In this document: positions 12,737 through 25,719 of the stretch, one piece after another | How the letters are laid out: each line of letters starts with the position of its first letter | Numbering within the stretch: the first letter of the stretch is position 1 | Origin: Malacoraja senta | Lineage: Eukaryota | Assembly: GCA_038087875.1 (NCBI GenBank) | Contig: CM076001.1 | Location: forward strand, 126,001 to 190,000 | DNA length: 64,000 nucleotides | Direction: 5' to 3' | Translations under genes and position numbers: made by a program | Notes under the pieces: generated by a model | Databases searched by the model: none | What the model saw: the letters and a program-made list of their open reading frames with translations, nothing else | What the model was told of the DNA's origin: nothing

Positions 12737-13904
12737 ATGAAAAAACGGGCAGGGGGAAGAGGCGAGCGACTCAGCCGACAGAAAGTCGGGAGTCTGCGGT
12801 TAGCGACCAACCGCCTCTAACCCCGGTACAGTCGCCAGTGGTGAGCATAGCGACTGTGGACCTGGGGCAGTCAGCGCCTGTCGGGCGCAAGGCCAAGTTC
12901 AAATCGAAACGGGCCACGGAGGAGAAGTCCTAGGAAATTGAAATGTAAGAAGCTCCAGGGCTAGATACTGCTTTTAAGCGTATTGCCGAAATGGAAAGCC
13001 TGCTACATAGGCTGTTGGAGCGAAGCACACTCAGGTAAGAGTGTACTGAAATCCAAGCTGCTGAAAGCAGCTCAACAGCTCCTGGTACAGGGCTGATAGA
13101 ATGCACCCTCAGGGATGAGGAGCGTTCCACGGGTCATGAGATTTCAGACCCCGACTCTGACAGTAAGGCGAAGAACGGCAGCTGCCAGATGTTCCATCCC
13201 TGGCAGTACGATTCGCTGCCCCGTCAGGGTCAGGAGAGCCATTAGGAGAAGAATTGGCCTCCCTAATAAATTACTTGGTTTCCCATCAGCTGGAACAGCA
13301 GGAGATGGATGAGAATGCAAGAAAATATGAGTTGAGTATGAGAACTCAAGAATTGAAATTGCAGAGAATATTAAAGCTGCTCGGTTCTGGAATAACTGCT
13401 TTTGCCAGAATAGCGGATAAAAGCCAAGAGATGACAGAGTTGCATCAGGAAGCACTGGGGTTGCTATGCAGCACCCACTTCGAGATCAATTGTCTGAGGA
13501 AAGGTGCTATACGGCCTACTATGAATCCGAAATTCGCAGCACTCTGCAAACCAAGTAATGTACAATTACCCAACTTACTCTTTGGAGAGGATCTCGGGAG
13601 ACGTATTAAAGAGTTGGAAGATGAAGCGAAAACAGGATTGATGAAAACATCAATGGTTGTAAAGTCTGTAAAGAGGAAGTATCCTTTCAGACGTCATACG
13701 GATCATGGACCAGGACCAAGTCGCTCATTAACGCAGGGACGTAGCTGGCGGCCTACAGCGGGAGCAAGAACCAGTGGGGGTGCTTTCGGGAGAATCCAGG
13801 GATCTCACTCAAATTACTCAAGAGGTAGGTGGACCTGGTTCTCATGGGAACATACTAACCGGATTAAGTCCAAACGTTGGAGGCAGATTACGTTTCTTCT
13901 ATAA
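12737..13904 (+). pseudogene. DIRS A gag-like ORF1 (disrupted)
   Basis: ATG in GCCATG context at 12737; ORF 13254-13904 with ALGLL...EINCLRK..IRP.MNP...LLFGEDL, similar to the element B piece at 19714-20103. Confidence 0.7.
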
Positions 13905-15736
13905 CAATTGGAAGAAGATTACTTCAGATGTGGTAATTCTGAATAATATACAAGGATTTCGAATTGAATTCAATCCAAATTATGATTTGCCTGTCCAGCA
14001 TGTTCCTAGCAGAACTCTCCACTTTGCACAAAAATAAGTGATGGAGGTTCAAGCTGCGCTTCAAACCCTATATATAAAAGGTGTTATTGAAGAATCAGTC
14101 TACCAAATTCACCAATTTGTGTCAAATATATTCCCTCGATCAAAAAAGGATGGAGGATGTAGGATTATTATAGACTTGACAAGTCTGAATCCTTTTGTTC
14201 AAGTTAGACATTTTAAAATGGAGACATTTGTACTGCCAAACAACTTATCTCAGACGCATGTTTTATGGCAACTATAGATTTAAAAGATGTATATTATTCA
14301 GTGTCTGTTCACTTGGAAGATATGAAGTATCTTAAATTTACATGGATGAACCAGTTAGGGCAGTTCAAAGCTCTGCCTAATGGGTTAACGTCCGCTCCCA
14401 GAACATTCACAAAATTGTTTAAATCAATTCTGGGGTTGCTGAGAAGCCAGGGGCATGTACTCATGGCATATTTGGATGATGTCCTGATTACAGGAAGGAC
14501 AAAACAGTCAACAGAAGCATCTGTTGCAGTTGTGAAATCAACTTTTGAAAGTTTGGGGTTTTCTAAATTCATCCAAAGAAATCAAGGTTAACAACATGTA
14601 CCTCGATTGATTATTTGGGGTTCACAATTGATTCAGCCCAAATGAAAATTACTTTGCCCAGTGAAAAAAGGGTGGAGTTGATTAAAGATTGCAGTAATCT
14701 GTTAAACGAGAAAAAACCCTTAATCAGACAGGTGGCTCGAGTACTGGGAAAATTAGTAGATTCCCAGCAGTCCAGTATGGACCATTACATTATCAACAGC
14801 TGCAGAGAGTTAAACAACAGGCACTGAGAATGAATGCTGGTCATTTTGATAGAACCATGCAACTAACAACAAATGCTGTTTCTGATCTGCAGTGGTGGAT
14901 TCTACATGTCTCAAGCAGTTCCTGCAAAGTGCTGATTGAACAACCTTCCATGATATTACAAACTGATGCCAGTGCACTAGGATGGGGTGCAACTGACTTA
15001 ACATCTAGCTGCGGAGGCAGATGGAATCAGGAAGAGTCATTGTTACTGCAGACATGGGGAATTAACTATTTGGAGCTTTTAGGATGTTTCTATGGACTCC
15101 AAGCTTATTGTTCTAACACAACTAAAAGGCATGTTCAAGTTCAAATTGATAAACACAACAGCAGTTGTCTATATTAATGATATGGGTGGAATTAAGTCGG
15201 TGTCATGTGACAAAATGGCTAATCAACTTTGGTCTTGGTGTATTGAAAAGAACATTTGGATTTCAGCTATCTATCTACCAGGTAGAATGAACACGATAGC
15301 AGACACCAGGTCACGAAAGTTCCATGATAATAAAGAATGGATGTTGAATCGAGAGGTATTCAATGATATACTAATCAGATTTGGAATGCCCGACATCGAT
15401 TTGAATCATCAACTATCGAGATATGTCTCATGGAAACCAGAACCAGGAGCAGCGGCGATTGATGCTTTCTCGCTACATTGGGGTGGTATGTTCTCATATA
15501 TATTTCCACCTTTCTGCCTCAGAAGCCAATGTTTGCTTAAAATCAGGCAAGATGCTGCTTCAGGGGTATTGGTAGTACCAGATTGGCCTACACAGCCATG
15601 GTATCCGTTGATATTAGAATTAACAACACAAATGTTGATGAAAGTCCCAAAAAGGAGTAATTTATTGCTGCACCCTGTAACAGGGGAACAACATCCATTA
15701 TATGATCGTTTGGATTTGTTGATTTGCAGGTTTTAA
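13870..15736 (+). pseudogene. DIRS A RT - RNase H - Dam-like methyltransferase ORF (frameshifted)
   Basis: GGRLRFFY..W; IDLKD.Y; LPNGL.SAPR.F; YLDD; TDAS..GWGA; INYLEL; N.IAD..SR; DAFS..W...Y.FPPF...VVPDWPTQPWYP. Confidence 0.9.
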
Positions 15737-16829
15737 GAAGGCCTTTTCTGGGGCGAGGACTGTCTGAGCGTACTGTGGACATGCTTACGGCAGCCTGGAG
15801 GAAGAGCACTCAAAAACAGTACCTTTCTTACATTAGGAAATGGGAAGAGTTCTGTGTACAAAATAATGTGCAATATAGTACTGCAGATATTTCAAATGTT
15901 TAGAATTTCTGTCAAAACTTTATTATGATGAAGGTCTGAGTTGTAGTGCAATTAATTCAGCAAGAAGTGCATTGTCCTCATATTTGGTTCTGGATTCAGA
16001 AAGAAACACAATTGGGTCACCCAATTGTTTCCAGACTAATGAAAGGAATCTTTAATTCCAAACCACCGAAACCTAGGTACGTGACAATCTGGGATGTAAG
16101 TGTGGTACTGAAACTACTTTGTGAATGGTCACCAAGTGTGTCTGTACCTTTGGCCAAGCTCAGTATGAAAATATTCATGCTTATGGCATGAGTGACAGCA
16201 CAATGAGTGCAAACACTTGGAAAATTACAAATAGACAGTATGGAAGTAACTGAAGACAAGGTTACATTCTATATCTATGACCTACTAAAGCAAATTAGGC
16301 CAGGTGTGACAGAATAGTAAGATTAAACGAGAACTTACCAAGTTTGAAGTTTGATCTTTATTTTATGAGGAGTAACGTTGAGGGATTACGTGAAGAAGCC
16401 CCGTCCAGCCGCACACGCGTCAATCTTTCAAAGCAGCGGAGTGACAATCACAGACGATAATTACTGAAGTATGATAGTAAGATGCATAAAGAGTTAGAAC
16501 TACCAGCTTGATCCTTTTATGAGGGTGGGAGCGGAGGGCACGTAATCCCTCAACGTTACTCCTCATAAAATAAAGATCAAACTTCAAACTTGGTAAGTTC
16601 TCGTTTAATCTTACTATTTTACTTCGGAGTCACGTGAGTGACTACGTGAAGATTTCAAAGCTCTGTGATTTCACACCGTGGATTCAAATCCAGGTGTTCA
16701 CTGCATCGATTGACTCTATTTGAGTAAGCACAATCAACAATGCATAACCACAACATTTGAATGTAATCAGTTAATGGTTTTATTTATTTTAATAAAAATA
16801 ACAAAAATTAGGCCCATTTATAATGGGGG

Positions 16830-17795
16830 ATTTAATACTGTATCCAGCACGGCATCACCAAACCCTCTGAGATCTTTAATCTCCTTGTGGTAATACTTGT
16901 GAAACATCTGTTCACTTGCCCATCCTGCGGCCGCGAGAATAAGGTCTATTGGCACGCTGAATCCCTGGCCGCTGATGTTGATGCCACCCTCGTGGAATGA
17001 GATTTAAATTTATCAGTATCAATACCTGAATATCTCAACACCTGTTTCAACCATCGTGAAATTGTTTGTGTTGATACTTTCTTATGAGGCTTTTTATGAC
17101 TAATAAAAAATGGCAATTCGGCGCCTCTTAAAACTTTTGTTGTTTCTATGTAACATTTCACATATGTTACTACACACAGTCGTGAATCTGTAGGTAATGC
17201 TAAAAATTCCAACTTGCATCCTGTGGACCCAGGTCTACTTTGCTTCAGTAAATCATAGACATAGAATGTCATGGCATTTTGCACTACTTTCATTCTATCA
17301 ATTCTGAGTTTCTGTAATGTTTGAACTCTCTGCCCTGAAACTAATGCCATGACCATAACCAATTTCATGGTAATTTTGGATAATGACAGGGTTTCAACTG
17401 GATTCCAACTCCTTAGGAACATCAGTACATCTTTTACATTCCAAATTTCTGTATACCTGGGTCTGGGAGGATTAGAGTTGAAAATTCCTTTCATAAACCT
17501 ACAGACCCAAGGATGTTCTCCAATTGGAGTTTGTTCTGATTCACTGCTTAAATATGCAGAGAGTGCACTTCGTGCAGTATTAATTGCACTATAACTTAAT
17601 TTCAATTCATAGTGTAGAGTTGAAAGAAACTCTATTACATCTGAAATTTCTACTGTGTTATATGCAATATTCTTTCTTGAACAAAACACCTCCCATTTCT
17701 TTATATAGGAAATGTACTGCTTCTGGGTACTATTCCTCCAGGCTGCTGTCATAACATCCACCGTACGGTCTGATAATCCTTTTCCAAGATATGCC
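16830..17795 (-). pseudogene. DIRS B tyrosine recombinase (271-aa ORF 16946-17761, C-terminal frameshift)
   Basis: SGQRVQTL (catalytic R), HSTR, then after the frameshift DLILAAAGW...FHKYY. Confidence 0.9.
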
Positions 17796-17798
17796 TTC

Positions 17799-19700
17799 TT
17801 AGAATCTGCAAATCAACAAACCAATACGATTATGTAAAGGATGTGATTCATTAGTCACAGGGTGTACAAGCAGTTTAATCTGCTTTGGAATAACCATAAG
17901 GGTTTTTTTGATCATTTTTAACACCAGTGGGTACCATACCTGCGTAGGCCAATCTGGTACTACCAAAATCCCTGAGGCTGAATCTTGATTAATTTTCTGT
18001 ATGCATTTGTGGATTAAACAAAATGGTGGAAACGTATACAGAAACATACCACCCCAATGTAGCGAGAAAGCATCCACCACTACTGCTCCAGGATCAGGTT
18101 CCCATGACACATACTTAGTCAACTGGTGGTTCAATCTTGATGCAACCAGATCAATTTCTGGCATTCCAAATTGTGTGATAATTTGTGTGAATATTTTCCG
18201 ATTTAACATCCATTCTGTATTATCATTACATTTACGTGATCTTTTGTCTGCAATTGTATTAATTTTTACCTGGTAAATATATTGCTGACAGCCAAATTTT
18301 TCTGGCTATACCCCAGGTCCAAATTTCATTTGCCAATTTATCACATGATTCTGATTTTATACCACCCATGTGATTTATGTATGCTACAGCTGTAGTATTG
18401 TCAACCTGTACCTGAACATGCACATTTCCCATATCAGTGCAATAAGCTCTAAGGCCGTAAAATGCGCCTAATAGCTCTAGATAATTGATTCCCAGATTTT
18501 CCAGCAAAGGTACTTCATTCACATTCCACCTACCTCCACAGCTGAAAATCATGTTAGTAGCACCCCAACTCAGCACACTTACATCAGTCTGTAGAGTGAC
18601 GCAAGGTGTTTCTACCAGAACTTTTCTGGAAGCATTAGAAACATTGTTAATCTACCATTCTATTTCTGTAATGGATTGAATTGTTAATTTCATGGGCCTA
18701 TCAAAATGCCCTCTATTCATTTTTAATGCTTGTACCTTAGCTCTCTGTAAACATTGATAATCCAATGGTCCAAACGTGACCGCTGGAAACCCTGCAATTA
18801 ATTTGCCTAGCAAACTTGCCACTTCTCTAATTGAAGGTGTGTCCTCGTTAATGGGTTCTATGCAACCTTCAATTAACTGCAGCTTTTTATCTTTTGGCAA
18901 AGTGATTACCATGTGTTCGGAGTTAATTGTGAACCCTGGGTAATCAATCTTTTTGCTTGGTAACAATTTAGATTTTTGTAGGTGAATAATGAAACCTAAT
19001 TTCTCAAAATGTATTTGACTTTGGATACCGACAATTTTGCAGCAGCCAGTGTCCGCTACAATGAGGATATCATCTAAATAAGCCATTAATACATGGCCCT
19101 CAGCTCTTAACAGAGCTAAAATTTGGTTTGAGCAATTTAGTGAATAATCTTGGTGCTGAAATCAGACCATTGGGCAATGCTTTAAATTGCCATAACTGAC
19201 TCATCCATCTAAATTTCAAATATCTTTGATCATTACCATGCATTGCCACAGAATAATATGCATTTTGCAGATCTATGCTTGCCTTGTAGCAATTGTTTGT
19301 GACTAGCTAAATGGCATTAGTAAATGTTTCCATTTTGAAATGTTTCTATTGTACATAAAGGTTAAGATTTGTCAGATCGGAAATGATTCTATGTCCACCA
19401 TCCCTTTTCTAGGAGAATATTCCTAGGAGAATATTTGACACAAACTGATGGTGTTGTTCTCCTGACATTTATATCATCCTTTTCTGCATAAAGTTTTTCA
19501 ATTCTCCTTTGATCAACCCATTCTCTTCCTTTGAGAAAATCCGTGACCAGTTTGAATTATGCTGAATTGGAGGATCCAAACGTGGAGAGAACTCAATTTT
19601 GAATCCTACAATGCTACATAGAATAAATGAATCATTTGTTATTGATTGCCATTCTTTTAGGAAGAATCGTAACCTTCCCCCTATTTGTGAGTGTGAAACA
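17799..19700 (-). pseudogene. DIRS B RT - RNase H - methyltransferase (frameshifted)
   Basis: IGGRLRFFL.EW; YLDD; INYLEL; DNTTAVAYIN; IDLVASRLN...DAFS...FPPF. Confidence 0.9.
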
Positions 19701-20180
19701 TTTGTTGTGTTTCTTACCAGACCAAGCCCCCTAACCTCGGGGTTTGCCACTGGCAGTTGTTGTCCCCTTCTAGTAGGCACATTGTAACCTCCACGTATCC
19801 TCGGTGCAGCACGTCAACGTGTATACGAGAATGATAGGATTGTTCCTTCTCCAGCACCACATTTCGCCTGTAGGGATACTGCCTTCTCACCGCTCTGCTC
19901 AGCATAGGTGATCCTTTAGTTTCTTTGCTAGATTTTCTCCAAAACAGATTTAGGCATTTGTATATTGCATGGTTTGCAGAGCCTGCATACTTAGGATGAA
20001 TATTTGGTGTTATTGCATTTTTATGAATACAATTTATTTCAAAGTGCGCACTACACATGAGTGCTACATTTTGTTGTGAATACGATATATAACCTTCATC
20101 CAAACCACTGACCCCAGAAATTTCAGCACTTGTGTAATTTCAATTCTTGTGAGCGTAAACCACTGCTCAAATTACCCATA

Positions 20181-22054
20181 ATACAACAATTTCCATTTAA
20201 AATAGTAAATGAAAAATTTAAATATCTAGGTATTTATATAACTAAGAGATATACATCATTATTTAAAGCAAATTTTCCCCCATTACTGAACAAACTACAT
20301 AAGAATATTCAATACTGGAAAACACTTCCTATCTCAATGGTTGGCAAAATTAATGCTATAAAAATGATTTTTTTACCGCAAATATTATACCTTTTTCAGA
20401 CAATTCCGATATATCTGACAAAAAACTTTTTTTAAAAACTGGACTCTATTGTTAATGATTTTATCTGGGATTATAAGAATCATAGGATAAACAAAAGACA
20501 CTTGTGTAAATCAAAAATAAATGGAGGCTTGGTTTTACCCAACTTTTTGTTTTATTTCTGGGCTGTTAATATTAAAAATATGAATTTCTGGTTGGAAGAA
20601 ATAGATCATCAACCAGACTGGTTAAAAATGGAAAAGGAAGATTGTTTACCTTTTGATATCGGTTCGATATTATTTGCTACGTCTAAATTAAACAAAAAAA
20701 ATTATAGGGAAAACCCTATAATATTTAGTGCTATACGAATTTGGAAACAATTAAAAAAGACATTAAAATTAGATAATTTATCACTTTTTCTTCCAATTGT
20801 GAATAATCCTTTGTTTAAGCCTTCATGGTTGGACGGGGGTTTTACACAATGGAAGAATTATGGAATTAAAAATATGGGACAACTTTATAAGGAAGGCACC
20901 TTTCTGACATTTCAGGAGTTGCAACAGACTCGTGGACTTCGAGGAAATGATTATTTCAGATATCTTCAACTTAGAGATTATGTAAAATCGAACTCTCAAA
21001 ATTTTCGATTTAGAAATTCAGAAATTCTTGATGAATGTTGGAACAAACATCCTAATACAGAAAAAATAATATCTTATATATATAATATCTTATTAGACAG
21101 TGACATTCCTTCGACAGAATTACACAGACAAACATGGGAAGAAGAATTAAATCAAGTAATAACGAAAGATACTTGGGAAGAAAGTTTGAAACACATACAT
21201 CAGTGCTCACTAAACGCCAGACATTCTCTAATACAATTTAAATTAATACATAGGTTACATTATTCAAAAACAAAACTACATAAAAATTTTCAACATATCT
21301 CACCTATATGTGATAAATGTCAACATTTAGAAGCTTCATTATCTCATATGTTTGCAAACTGTATAAAAATTAAAAAATTCTGGGTAAATATTTTCAGTAT
21401 AATATCTAAAGTAACCGGCACACAAATGGACCCAGACCCAAAACTAATAATACTCGGAATATTAGAATTAAATCAAACATTTAGAACAACACAAAGAAAC
21501 TTTATTGATTATAGTTTAATAACAGGAAAAAAATTAATTCTAAAATTTTGGAAAGGCCCTACGGCCCCCACAATCAAAATGTGGATTATAGAAATGACGG
21601 AGACCTTAAAAGTGGAAAGAATCAGATTTTCCCTGTTGGACAAACAGGAATTATTCGTAGGAACATGGTCTCCTTTTATTGATTACTTAAAGGGTCAGAA
21701 TAGTTCAGCACAGGAACCTGACTAGCACTCGGTCTAAAGAATGGATGAAAGGCTATACTCTGAAATGTACGAACATATCTCGAATGAAGTTTTTTATTTC
21801 AATAAATTTTTCCATTCTTCTTTAACTATTTTCTCTTTATTTTTTTTATTTTTTTATTATACTTCTTCTCTTTCTTTTCTCTCTTTACTTCATCTATCTC
21901 TTTAGTTCTATCTAGTTTAAAAAAAAAGGCAAAAGGTATTGGAGACAATGTAATAATAATTGATAATATTATCAATTTAAAAATGTCAGACTGTAATGAT
22001 GTAAATAAATTGTGTACTTATCTCCAATAATAAAAAAATTTAAAAAAAAAAAAA
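20181..22054 (+). mobile_element. 5'-truncated L1 inserted in DIRS B gag
   Basis: ORFs 20130-20435 (KYLGI) and 20502-21725 (GGL.LPN, CDKC...H...C); AATAA and poly-A; 12-bp TSD AAATTACCCATA (20169-20180, 22055-22066). Confidence 0.95.
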
Positions 22055-24038
22055 AAATTACCCATATCAAGTTTATTCACTGCTGTAACTGCTGCAATTT
22101 CCCGGGTCTCATATTTTTTGATAGTCTCATCCATGGTTAATTCCTGGGCTGATGGGAGAGTAGATAATTTATAGTCATAGCTATTTCCTCTCTCAAAGGT
22201 TCCCCTGTTACTCTGGGAACAGCAAAGTTTTGTGCCAGCCTTGGAACATTTTTGGCTCTGATAATGGGCTCTGGTCCTTACTTAAATCATCATCTAAATC
22301 TAGATATTCATTTTTATGTTGGGTAATTTCTGTCTCCCCTGTTTCAGGTAAGTCTCTGCCAGATTCCCCCTGCGCGGGCTCTCTTGTAGGCCCACGGACA
22401 GGCAGCCCTGCTTCAGGTGCTGCTGGCGCTGGCTGAATTCTAGGCCAACGCTTCATTATTTTTACTCTTTATATTTGTCGGTGCTGGCACATTTATCATT
22501 GCATGTTTGTGCTGCCTTTTGTTCAGGCATTTCTAGTACTGGCTCTCCAATAGGCCAACACATAACTTGCCTTTTTTCTGGCATTTGTGGGCACTGGCTC
22601 TCCTGTAGGCCAACCTCTTTAATGTTTCTGCACAGGCACTGATGGCTCTTCTGTAGGCCACCCTTGTGCCTGTTCCAAGGCACCTCCTGTGCTATACTTC
22701 ATTGGCCAACACCGACTTAAATCCTCCTGTGGGGGTTCTTTACAAATCATCTGCCCCATAAGGAGTTAAAAAGTTTTTGACCCTTGCAGTGTAATACTCT
22801 TTCCTGCCAGAGGAGGGCATAGCTCCGGATCTGACTCATCCGAGTCTACAGGTCGGGCCGATTTATTATTTTTTTTTCTCAGCCTTGCGCCCGCCCGCGG
22901 CGGTTTAACGCACATTTGACCACAACGGGAGCTAATGGCTTCGCTGCCACTGACTCTCCTGACTGACGCCCGCTACCCTTAGGATCTGGGGTTTACTACG
23001 GTGCGTCCCTGGCCCCTCTCCTTTCCATTTCTCCATAATAAACTTGAGTGGAGCTCCACCAACAAGTCTAAATGGGAAGGAAACGCTCCTTCCGACTTTT
23101 GTTTTACTTTTGTTTTACTCACCGGCTGGAGGAGCTCCTGCTCCTCCACACACGGTCATGAACGCTATGCGTCTGATCGATAATGATGCGTGTGCGGCTG
23201 GACGGGGCTTCTTCACGTAGTCACTCATGTGACTCCGAAGTAAAATTTAAAATTATGCTAGCAGCATATCCAAATGATCCTTGTCTCTGTATTAAGACAT
23301 ATTTGTTACAATACATTGAGGTCACAAAGAATTTGAGAAATACGGAAACTGGGTTGTTGATCACACACAAGAAACCACACAAGAGAGTTTCAATACAGAC
23401 TATTTCCAGATGGATAAAAGAAGTCTTAATAGCTGCGGGTATTAACATTTATGTTTTTACGTCTCACTCGACTAGGGCAGCAGAAACGTCGGCGGCCAGG
23501 GCAAAAGACGTCCCCGTCGACCATATCCTCGCAGCCGCCGGGTGATCCAATGAGTTGATGTTTCAACATTTTTACCATCGGCCTATTGTTAATGCGGGAT
23601 AGTTTGCAGAAACTATTTTAAGTTCTGTGTAAATTCCTCTGGTTTAAAGGGGATCTGATTAATTTCATTATTGAAATGAATTACTGCATTTGTGGTACAA
23701 ATGTTATTATGAATGCATGATTGATTATTCTCGTTCCGAGTCAATCAATGCAGTGAGAAGCCGGGATTGATCTACGGCATGAAATCACAAAGCTTTAAAA
23801 TCTTCACATAGTCACTCACGTGACTCCGAAGTAAAATAGTAAGATTAAACGAGAACTTACCTAAGTTTGAAGTTTGATCTTTATTTTATGAGGAGTTACG
23901 TAGGTGATTACGTGCCCACCACGACCCTACCCTCTATCATAAAGGTCAGATGGAAGTTCTTGTATTACTCGTTTTATTATGAGACTATATTACTTCGGTT
24001 GTTGTTTTTTGTGATTTCACACCGCTGCTTTGAAGATT

Positions 24039-24374
24039 TTTTTTTTTTTTTTTTTGAAAATATTTTTTATTGGAGAAAAGTACACAACCTATTAACATCA
24101 TTACAGTCTTACATTTTTAAATTGATAATATTATCAATTATTATTACATTGTCTCCAATACCTTTTGCCTTTTTTTTTTAAAAACTAGATAGAACTAAAA
24201 AGATAGATGAAGTAAAGAAAGAAAAGAGTGAGAAGAAAAAGAGAAAAGAAAAAAAATAAAAAGAAAAAAAAAGAAAAAAAAAAAAAAAAAGAAAAAGATG
24301 GTTAAAGAAGAATGGAAACATTTATTAAAATAAAAAACTTCATTCGAGATATATTCGTACATTTCAGAGTATAG
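24039..24374 (-). mobile_element. Short L1 3' UTR insertion near the DIRS A right ITR
   Basis: Poly-T; reverse complement closely matches ~21755-22030; 14-bp TSD CTGCTTTGAAGATT (24025-24038, 24391-24404). Confidence 0.9.
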
Positions 24375-24774
24375 AGCCCCGCCAGTGCGCCTGCTTTGAA
24401 GATTGACGCGCAGGCGCACTGGCGGGGTTCTTCACATAATCACCTACGTAACTCCTCATAAAATAAAGATCAAACTTCAAACTTAGGTAAGTTCTCGTTT
24501 AATCTTACTATCCCTCCCCCTCTCTGTATCCCTCCCCCACCCGTCGCACTAGCTTCACCCTACAAACAGCTAACAATGGACTGTTTCCTTTATCATCATT
24601 AGATTTTCGCATATCTTTTATTCATTGTTCTTTATCTCTCCACATTGTCTATATTTCTCATTTCTATTATCCCTAACCAGTCTGAAGAAGTGTCTCGTCC
24701 CAAAACATCCCCCATTCCTTCTCTCCAGCGATGCTGCCTGTCCTGCTGAGTTACTCCAGCATTTTTGTGTCCAT

Positions 24775-24905
24775 CTTTCACTATTCTGTATATTTCAATG
24801 AGGTCACCCCTCATTCACCTAAACTCCATAGAATATAGGTCCAGTGCCGACAAACGCAACTCATTCCTGGGATCATTCTTGTAAACCTCCTCTGGACCCT
24901 CTCCA
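24775..24905 (-). mobile_element. CR1 fragment
   Basis: MRGDLIEIYRIVK and LYSMEFR codons. Confidence 0.7.
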
Positions 24906-25719
24906 TGGTTGAAAAATGAGGATGTCATCATGGGACAGGGAGAGAGAGAATAGACTGCATGGGAAATAAGAAGGAGATTGCTCCAGGAGCTGATGTACAC
25001 TCATTTGATAAATTGGATTATTCTATGTTGGAAGGAAATAATATGCAATATTCCTCACATGCTACATTTGATTATTGAAATGAAAGAAGTGTTCAATTGG
25101 GAATAACTTTCCGTAGTATTTTTGCCATAAACAAAAATCAGTAAAAACCTGAATATTAAGGGATTAACAAATTTCTGATTGATCTGGAAGCACCAGTTAT
25201 TCCTCACCTTCAGAAATGTATATCGATGCCAACACTTATCCTAATCCACCTGAATCATGAGAGTACCATGCAATCATAGCTTTTCATTATTGCCTCTACT
25301 AATAACCCCCACCATGATCCATGCCTTTATAATTCACTGATGTTCATTGCTTGAAGAGCAGTTTGTTAATGCTGGGCATTATACAGGCTATGAATGAAGG
25401 CCTTTCAAAGGCAAAAGCCTATCCGAGGGAACAGTTTCCATTGTGATATCAAAGCTGAACTGGAGCCTGGTTTGTATTGGTGAACAACATACCAACACCA
25501 TCATACATGCTGCAAATAGGCTGGAGGAGGAGGAGCATTCAGGATTGAGATGGAGGCTAATTGATCTTGGAGGGCAGAAGGTGAAAGCAACCTGACCTTA
25601 CCCTGACATGCAGCGTCTGCTATGACTGATTGGGTAACACTGACTATCCTATGATTCAGAAGGTTCAGAGCAAAGCAATTTGGATAAGCGAGTTCGGTAT
25701 TCCAACTGCGCATGCCCAG

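Larger units (their letters stand above)
16313..23246 (-). mobile_element. Second DIRS1-like retrotransposon (element B), inserted antisense in the YR gene of element A
   Basis: Right ITR 16313-16425; ICR 16539-16655 (about 79 bp exact inverted repeat of 16314-16392); left ITR 23185-23246; AAT at both junctions. Confidence 0.95.
15740..23630 (+). pseudogene. DIRS A tyrosine recombinase, split by element B (15740-16315 and 23247-23630)
   Basis: AAWRKSTQKQY...; MKGIFNSKPP.PRY..IWDV; after the insertion LCI..YL..Y...TISRWIK...HSTRAA...ILAAAG. Confidence 0.9.
12523..24511 (+). mobile_element. DIRS1-like tyrosine-recombinase retrotransposon (element A), full-length but decayed
   Basis: Left ITR ~12523-12590. 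ICR ~23800-23915 is complementary to the left-ITR start and the right-ITR extension. Right ITR ~24405-24511. Order gag, RT/RH, MT, YR. CTAT at both junctions. Confidence 0.95.
12303..24778 (+). mobile_element. Truncated Penelope-like element split by the DIRS insertion (12303-12522 and 24512-24778)
   Basis: Inverted terminal-repeat fragment at 12303-12415; EAKRKLE..H..LG.LQ.SG...SHFK* C-terminus at 12435-12514; the 3' part with the hammerhead-like motif (24682-24708) resumes after 24511. Confidence 0.7.

Noticed and set aside
12523..24511. Integrase + methyltransferase + RT read as a prophage, retron or bacterial defence island
   Set aside because: ITR/ICR architecture and domain order are those of known DIRS1 retrotransposons.
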